This document shows, piece by piece, positions 55,521-64,000 of a stretch of DNA of 64,000 bases; positions within the stretch are counted from its first letter, which is position 1; each line of letters starts with the position of its first letter. Made by a program: the position numbers and the translations under genes. The notes beneath the pieces are model-generated. The model was not told the DNA's origin. It was given only the letters and a program-made list of their open reading frames with translations, and ran no database searches. The DNA comes from the human T2T-CHM13v2.0 reference genome, Homo sapiens: the NCBI RefSeq assembly GCF_009914755.1, contig NC_060929.1, one strand, 5' to 3'.

Positions 55521-55815
55521 TGTTGTTGTTGTTGAGACGGAGTCTTCCTCTGTCTCCCAGGCTGGAGTGCAGTGGCGCAATCTCAGCTCACTGCAAGCTC
55601 CACCCCGCCGGGTTCACGCCATTCTCCTGCCTCAGCCTCCCTAGTGTCTGGGACTACAGGCATCTGCCACCACGCCCGGCTAATTTTTTGTATTTTTAGT
55701 AGAGACGGGGTTTCACCATGTTAGCCAGGATGGTCTCAATCTCCTGACCTTGGGATCTGCCCGCCTCGGCCTCCCAAAGTGCTGGGATTACAGGGGTGAG
55801 TCACCGCGCCTGGCC
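55521..55815 (-). mobile_element. AluY-like, full length
   Basis: ctgcaagctcc, gggttcacgccattctc, ttagccaggatggtctc; TSD aatatctgcattttt (55506-55520 and 55816-55830). Confidence 0.96.
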
Positions 55816-58141
55816 AATATCTGCATTTTTTATACCTTCTTTCTCTGATCTAGTTGTTGCACTAAAATTTGCACCCATTGATAGGAGTAGTAATCATGAT
55901 CTAAAGAGAGGTAGATGTATAGACAGAGAGAACCCCTGGGTTTGAAATATTTCCTCCCAACCCACTGAAAGGCCCCACGTGACAGGGAGGTTTTCTATTT
56001 CCTTTGGAGGGGTCCAGACAGTAAATATCCTCTTGTTTCACATACCAAGAGAAACCTAAGTGGCTAAAAAGGGTGAAGATAGAGTCACCCTGAAGCTATT
56101 CTTCTGGGTCAATGAGAAAAACTGAAAAGACACTGCTTCTATTCTTACCCTTTTATGATTCCCAGGCCAATGCTGGCTCCACTGGATGTTACCTAAACTT
56201 ACTGCTCAATGATAACAAAATTCTCCCACACTCCATTCCCTCTTCTCTGGCAAAACCTGTCAGTATTACATTAGCAAGAAATCTGACTTCTTGCTCATTT
56301 CCCAAGGGTATAATACTCTTGTCCCTCTCCTATATTCAATCCTTTTTTTTTTTTTTTTTTTTTTTTGACTGAGAACATGAGAGAGAATATCTAACTACTG
56401 ATGTGGCCAGTTTAGGCCACTGTTAGTTGAAGATGCTAATCAAAGAATGGCTTACATTTGAATTCAGCCAAAACTGAGAACTGTATTCAGGGCAAATTTC
56501 TGAATATTTTTCAGCTGACTTTTGTTTTATGCTGGTTTAACTCCCAGTTGTAAATACTTAGATATGCTTAGATATGCTGACACTTTGAGGGAACATCCTA
56601 ATAAAAAGACATCTCTAGTGTGATAAAATGGGTTTTAAATTTTAAGTACTATATGCTAATGGTACATTATTAATGAAAATATCTTCCTAGTATCCCTTTC
56701 TTGGTCTCAAATTTTGCAAGAGTTCAGTTAATTATATCTCTTATCATATGTGTTACTTTCTCGCATCATGACCAAAAATTAACCTGTAGAAAAAACTTAA
56801 AACTCAGTTAACAATTCATTTTTACTATAGCCTAAGATTGAACCTGAGAATTTATATTTCATTTTTTAAAGGAATATGCCGTGACAGAGAAGTTACATTA
56901 TCAGCTCTCAATATAACATGTTAAAAATTATTTTTAAAAATTTAGCACTCAAATAAAATTAATGCCATCATCAAAAAGATGGATTTCAGTTAAGACATCT
57001 GCTGAGTGTGCTTCCTAATACACTTTCCAACCGAATCACAGCCTTTTAAAAGAAGTGGCACGTTTTTCCTCCTCTATAATGAAAAATAAAGAAAACATTC
57101 TCTTCACACTTTTTTATCAGGTAGGAAAATTATAATGCCCATGAATGTATGTTAAAATGAATATGAAAAGAGATAGCCATGGTGAAAATAGCAATCCCTA
57201 GTGCCCACCTGAAAAGCTGTACTCATGAGCTTATTATTCTAAAAGAGTAGGGCAGGCCTGAGAGGTAGAGAAGACGTGTCTCAGGTGTGATGGCACTTTG
57301 TAAATTTTATAGTTAATCTTACCTTTTTAGCTGCCTTCCTCTCCTAAACAATAGTTATTCAGCCATAAAGGTAAGATCCTATTGCCTTCAAACTCCAAAT
57401 ACGACTTTGCAGCCCCTTGGTGGCAGACATTATCTTTTTCCTCCAAAGGCCTATGATCTACAAAAAGCATCTTTAAGTGGGTTTCACTTTTTAATTCAAT
57501 AAAGATTTACTTTGTGCCTGTCATGCACAAGGCACCATGTGACATGCATCACCTGCAGTGACAGGAGACAGGTACAGAGTCAGATCTGAAAGCAGAGTGG
57601 GGTGACTAAGGAGGGCCATACCTCACCAGTCACCATCAGCTCCTGTGGCCATCCGAGGCTCATGAGAATAAATTTACTTCTCTTTAACTATTTTAGTTCA
57701 GGCAAAAAGAAAGACATTACACTCGATACATAAGAAAAACTCAGTGTTGAAAAAAGTCTGGATAAGAAACTAATTGCAGAAAATATCTGGAGTTGACTGT
57801 CATCCTATTTTGATATAACTGGTTAATACTGGGCTCACTTATGGTTTGTTTCATGGGAATTCTTTAATTGAAAAACACAATAGAAAATACATGTGAAAAT
57901 AAGCAACTTAGTTTTTATTTGAGTATATAGACAAATCTTAGACTTATTTGATTTTTATATTGTAATAACACATGAAGCTTTGTTTAATAAACACAAATAT
58001 TTAAAAATTCACTTAGATTGCATTTTAGATCCAGTGTTATTGGTGGCTGGGTTGTGATGAAGAAGGGAAGACAAGAGTAGGTGGGAAGGGATAAAAAGGG
58101 AAAGGTGGTGAGAGGCTAGGGGAGAGGCAGTCCCCTCAAAG

Positions 58142-58462
58142 AGAGGTTGGCACGTGACAGCTCACGGGGCAAATCTGGCCCAGAGCCTATTTTGGTGCAG
58201 TTGGCAAGCTAAACATGGCTTTTCTCTTTGTAAACGGATGGAGAAAAAAATCAAAAGGAGAATACTTCATGACATGTGAAAATTACATAAAATTCAAGTT
58301 ACAGTGTCCACAAAGTATCACTGAAACACCACCCCACTGATCTATGGCTACTCTGCGCTACAATGGCAAAGTGAAGTGGCTGAAACAGGGACCTACCTTA
58401 TGGGCTGCAAAGCCTAAAATATTTACTATTTATCCTTTAAGGAAAAAGTTTGTCAACCCCTG
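58142..58462 (+). mobile_element. MER58B-like hAT-Charlie MITE
   Basis: gaggttggca...ggcaaatctggccc...gcaaagcctaaaatatttactatt...aaaaagtttgtcaacccctg. Confidence 0.8.
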
Positions 58463-58589
58463 CCCTCAGCAAATAGAAAGAATGCAAAACAGAGAACAGT
58501 TATAGATTACTGACACACAAAGGCAGAAACTGGTTAAAAAGCAGGGGGTGGGATGACAGAGATAAGAGTAATGGTAGGGTAGATGTACC

Positions 58590-59064
58590 TGATAGCAATA
58601 ATGTACCCATATCCTTCGAATGCACCCGTGTGGCAGATGAACCTAAATGTGTGTTCTGAGCTAGGTGGAATGTCTGCCACCAAGGGGCTGCAAAGTCATA
58701 TTTGGAGTTTGAAGGCCAAGCCAAAGATTTATTCTTTATCTATGATGAACATCTGAGTCTCCAGCCTGTCCCGTGGAACATGGGCCAGACTGTACAGGGG
58801 ATTGAGGCCCTGAATTTTGGGTTAAATGGAGGTTGCCAGGTGGAGGTTGTTAGCAGGGAGGGTATTAAATGAAAATGCTACATAAATAGCATGGTGTTTG
58901 CAAGCCGCTGCGGTTTTCCTGTCCAGCCCACTGTCACCGGACTCTCTCCCCTATATGTGAGCCCCTGATAAAATCCCATGTCTCATTTGCTGGCTCTGAG
59001 TCTCTTCTTCGGCCTCTTGAACGTGGCGCCTTCCCTATTGGGATTAATAGGATTTGCCACGGCA
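58590..59064 (+). mobile_element. ERVL solo LTR (LTR47-like) containing a foreign 48-bp insert
   Basis: TG...CA ends; ggttttcctgtccagcccac...ccatgtctcatttgctggctctgagtctcttcttcggcctcttgaac matches LTR47 as I recall it. Confidence 0.7.
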
Positions 59065-59668
59065 TTAATTAACAGTTACCATTTACTGAACACATACTAT
59101 ATGGTAAGAACTTTATATATGTTGTTTCCAATCTTAATTAAAACCAAAATGAGGAAACTGAAGGTCAGAAAAAGTAAGTTACTCACTAGTGAGTGACAAA
59201 GTAAATCCACTCTGAGAAAACTAGCAATGACATCAAATGAAGAACAAAGTATGGGGGTCAGGAGGTGATTTATATGAACAGTTTCAATCTGTGAGATTCA
59301 TTTTGGAATAATATGGACAATTTTTGGTCACCAATGAGAGCCAATGCACACTTCAGCCAGAATCATCTTTCATTTGCGTATTGCCCTCAAACACCAAGTT
59401 CTATCAATGTTAATGACAGAAAATAATTATATAATGCTTACTATAGCATTATGTAATTTATATTAGAGAATTATATTAGAGAATTAGCATAAATAGGTGG
59501 AAAGCACGAATACTACAATTTACCTCTAAGACACAAAAAAGTTAAATAAATTGCTCAAGGTCACAAAACTCATAAGTCACAGAGCCCCAAAGTAAAACAA
59601 ACAAACAAAAAATATAAAAAACAAGTCACAGAGCCAGGACTTGAATGGCTCTATAATCCATACTTTCA

Positions 59669-59713
59669 ACTTTTAATGGCAAAAACCACAATTACTTTTG
59701 GACACCCACCTAA
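59669..59713. mobile_element. MADE1 (Hsmar1-derived MITE), half element
   Basis: acttttaatggcaaaaaccacaattacttttgg...cacctaa. Confidence 0.8.
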
Positions 59714-59732
59714 TCAGTTGAAAGTACACTAT

Positions 59733-59912
59733 GTTGGTATCAAACTTTAGCATGTATCAGAATCACCTGGTGAGCTTGTTAACACACAGATTGCCAGGCC
59801 CACTCCCACTGTTTATGATTCAGTGAGTTAGCGGAGGAACCTGAGAGTTCACATTTCTAGCTTATTCCGGGTGATGCTGCTGTGGATTTAGAAACCACAC
59901 TCTGAGCAATTG
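59733..59912 (-). mobile_element. MER5A MITE
   Basis: tcaaactttagcatgtatcagaatcacctggtgagcttgttaacacacagattgc...ggtgatgctgctg...accacactctgag. Confidence 0.85.
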
Positions 59913-61789
59913 CTCTGTTGCTTCCCTGTTAATGCTTTGTATTCCCACCTAGCCATCCTGTTCTCAATGTTTATGGCTTCACCTCAGCATAAACTCGCAT
60001 TAAAATTCACACTAGAATTTCCAGGCAGTGGGGTGGGGGAAATATTCTTCTAGGTGGTTTCTTTATATCCTTCTCCCCATTCAGGTAATCTTACACATAA
60101 CTGGACAAGTTCTATTTCTTAAACACTTCTATCAAGTTATTTTCTGCTCAAAAGACTTTAACAGCTACCAGGTGTAATTTAAACATCAAAGACTGGTTTT
60201 CAAGACTCTTGTAATCTGTTCTTAGGCTAGGTATCATATCATATCATTCATTCAGTTGTCCACTTTTTATTTGACTTAGTTTTTGTATGCCCAGCACTTC
60301 TTTTGCTCTTCTAATAACAAGCTTATCCCTGGGCCAATCAGAAGCCTTCCCTGAGACTCTCTAAACTGAGGTACCAGGAAGCTGTTAGGATATGAGCAAA
60401 AAACTGCCAGGAGCCATGTACCCACTGAGTGGAGAAACTGGTCAGAGTGAAGTCATCACATAGGGAGAAACCAAAACAATTGATGATTAAAATACAGTTG
60501 AAGGCTAAGATCCTGTTGCTCAGGTCTCCAGAATCCTCTGGTGCCCATTCTTCCAGAGGTTTAATTGTTGTTTAATTATTTAGCTCTTTCTTCTATTGTG
60601 TAATCTACAACATTCTTCTTTTAATTAACACCCTTCCCTTTTCTGCATAAGAAGCAGAGATGAGAAATGGAAGAACAAAGATGTCACTTCTAAGTTCAGA
60701 GTCCTGGCTAATGGCTTCATTAATTATTTATAGGATAGCTCCTATGCGCCAGTCACAGTTTTCTCCACTATCTCCAATAAGTCAGTGTAATCTCTACTGC
60801 TGGTACTGTCTGGACTGCAAGGGAAGCTCTTTCATTTTACTTCTGCTTATGCAAGGTCTACTCACAGCCAAACTCGAGTCCAAATCTTCATGAAGTTTTT
60901 CTAGCTTGCCCTTCTTTACACTAAAATCTCCCTTCCCTGAATTCCTAATGTGTTTAAAGTCTTACAATAATCACTTGGTAATTAATTTAAAACGGTCTTA
61001 TAAGGTTTTTCTCCCCATATTGCTTTGTGGGTTCATCTTTTTCTTTTACCTCCTAGATTTGAAGGCACTTGAAGACACCACATAAAATCAGGCTTTAAAC
61101 TGATTTCAAACTTTAGAAAAAATTGCTCGTGGCAAAGCAGTTTCCTCAAAAGAAATATGATTAGTTGCTCCAGGGTGGAGCTGGGATGGAGAGTGGGACT
61201 GAGCTACAGAATCAGACATCATATGGAACTCTCAGGGTTGAGTGACAGGATGAAAGAAGCCAGAAGACCTGAGAAACAAGGCCCAGGTTCTTTCTGTTTT
61301 GTGCCTTCCAAGTAAACTCTCCATGCTGTGAACATCCCTCATGTTGAAATTCTATTTCTGAGCCAGCATTCCCCCCTGCATTGTGGGAAAACAGCAGAAA
61401 GTGAATACTGTTTTGTTCATCAATTCTTGTTTTCTGCTTCTTCAGCTCCTGCCCACCCTGCAACCAACACGGTTCCATTTCATCTTGATCATCCTGGGCA
61501 TAAGTTAGAAGGAACCCCTACTTCCTGGAATCGCTTTCTTCTCAGAACTCTGCAACTGCTTGTCTGTGTAACTTCAGCAATTTTTCATATATTCATATTT
61601 TATTTCCCAATCTGGGGGGGGGGGGGGACCAAGGGTCTTACACTTTCTGGAATCCCCATTAATCTTAGCATAATATTTTTTAAATAGTTGAGTTTCAATT
61701 AATAAGTCGTTTGGCTGGCTAGTACCAATACAGATTATTAAACTTCCAGATAGTGATTTATTTTAAGAAAATGGTTCAGTTAAGAAGAT

Positions 61790-62750
61790 ACTCATTGAAC
61801 TCCTGTCATATATTAGGCAGTGAATTAGGTGCTGAAGAAAATAAATAATTCTTGTCCTTAAGGTGCTTAGAGTCCATATGGGGAGACAGATCCCTAATTA
61901 GATATGTTGATAGAATATGCTAAGCTTTGAGAAAGGCATATGGAGATGCTGTAGGAGCGTGGATTAGGGGCTGTAGCTCAGAGAAAGCTTCTTAGAAGAA
62001 ATGACACATGAGCTGTCATAAAGGATCAAAAGGAATTAGGCAAGGAAGGGAATGAAGAGAGTAAGAGGTGGCACACGCGACATCATGAGCAGAGCTTTCT
62101 GTCAGTTCAGTGTTACTGGAGAGTGAAAAATATGAGGTGGGGAGAGGCATGAGATGAGACTAGAGAATGCAGGTGCTAGGTCAAGGAAGGCTTGCTTTCC
62201 AAAACCTAGCCTCTGAAGCTTTATGATGACAGTGATGAGGAGCCACTGAAGAGCTTTAAATAGGGGAGTAAAGTGTACTTGGCAGATGTCTTAGAGGAAA
62301 GCAAGAATAAGGGTAGAGAAACCAATGAAAAGACAAGACAAAAGTATTTTAACATTAAGTCCAAATGAGAGATGATAAAGCACTAAATTAGGCCTTGATG
62401 GCAGAAATGGAGAAGAGGAGATAGACTTGGAAATATTTAGGTGGTCAGGCAAAATGTAAAATCTTGGTGATTCTTTTGACGGTGAGGAGCAGGGCAGAAG
62501 GGGAGAATGAATCATAGTTTCTGGGTGAGTGATTATTAGCAGCATTAACTTAGACTGGGGAAGAGAAGCGGGGATCCAGGGAATGGTGAGGAGTTCTGGT
62601 TTATCCATGCGGTGTTTGGAGTGCCTGTGGAATAGCCAAGGGACCAAACAAACAGGCATTTAGCTGTAGAAGTATGAATCTCCAGGGCGAGATCAGTCCT
62701 GGAGCTGGATCTGGCAATCATTCACACACAGTGACTGTTGGAATCATCAT
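61790..62750 (-). mobile_element. L2 LINE fragment
   Basis: cttgtccttaaggtgcttagagtcc...gagccactgaagagctttaaatagggg...gagttctggtttatccatgcggtgtttggagtgcctgtgg. Confidence 0.7.
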
Positions 62751-62816
62751 GATAAACAAAAGAGATCTCCGGATACTTTATTATTTTAATTTCATCTTAT
62801 TTCATTACTATTATTA

Positions 62817-63082
<266 letters not shown>

Positions 63083-63774
63083 TCTTTCACTACTATTATT
63101 TTAAATGGAAAAAAATTAATGTAGCACTTTCAGAGAATATTATATGAGGCACATTAAAGATAAAACAAAGTGTTCATTGTGCATTGATTTAAAAATAAAA
63201 AAATATGCAGCCATTTGCTATATATTGATGTTTGGGAACACCACATTAACATATGACAGCAAGTCACCTCGTCAGTACAATACTATAAATGTATACATAT
63301 GTCTGTATATATGTATATGTTTTAAATAAAGATAATAACAAAGCAATTGGTTTGCACCAGATACTATGTGTAATAGCCATATTAATACTTAGATGCTATG
63401 AGGAAGGTTTTATTTTTATCATCTCCATTCCAGATTAAATGTCTAGGCACTCCTAGAAGAAAAACAACCTATCCAAGGTTACATAACTGCCAAGTGGCAA
63501 AGCTGGAATACAAAGACAAGTCTGACTCCAAAGCTCCTAATAGCTACAGGACATTGAGCACTACGTGGCCATCCCTCACTCCCATGCCTTTTGTCCAGGC
63601 TTCTTTTTGCAGCAATGAGAGGATGATGCAAGAGGGGTCAGGTGAGCACAGGGATTTCAACCCATTTAAAAAATCATAATTAATGACTTGATGAATCTAT
63701 CTAGATATTCATGCTCAATGAATGTATCTAGATATTCATGCTTCTGAATATTGGTAGTTAAAGGTATATTTGTT

Positions 63775-64000
63775 TTGGAGGGCAATTTGAGTATATGTAT
63801 CAAAATTTTAATTAGCTTACTCTCTGGTCCGGGAATATCACTTCAAGGAATAAGACTTTCAAAGATACACAAGTATACAAAGAAAAGAAACTAGAAAAAT
63901 CCTAATGTCTATAAATGTGAGATGGTTAATTAAATGACTGAATAATGATATAATCATATAATACATATGTCATAGTTTGCAGCCTGTAAAAAGAATAATG
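63775..64000 (+). mobile_element. Old L1ME-like fragment running off the window
   Basis: ttttggagggcaatttgagtatatgtatcaaaattt...cctaatgtctataaatgtgagatggttaattaaatga. Confidence 0.55.

Overview
AT-rich, Alu-containing primate DNA, almost certainly human. The window lies inside the minus-strand gene KIAA0825 (C5orf36, 5q15), which I recognise from the translated peptide. Nine internal coding exons (46958 down to 2012; 1527 nt, 509 codons) splice in consistent phase, and one intron uses a non-canonical GC donor. The introns hold the usual repeats: about 12 Alus, L1M, L2, MIR, MaLR/ERVL LTRs, an ERVL integrase-dUTPase relic, and MER5/MER58/MADE1 transposons. The main unexpected signal is a ~550-bp intronic segment (43460-44009, minus strand). 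After repairing two 1-nt frameshifts it reads without internal stops as the C-terminal ~180 aa of a DIRS1-type retrotransposon tyrosine recombinase, with H-x-x-R, Trp and catalytic Tyr retained. DIRS elements are generally considered lost from mammals. Two short (47-48 bp) copies of nearby unique sequence also look like templated insertions, one inverted inside an LTR and one at an Alu 3' end. Repeat boundaries and subfamily names are by eye and approximate.
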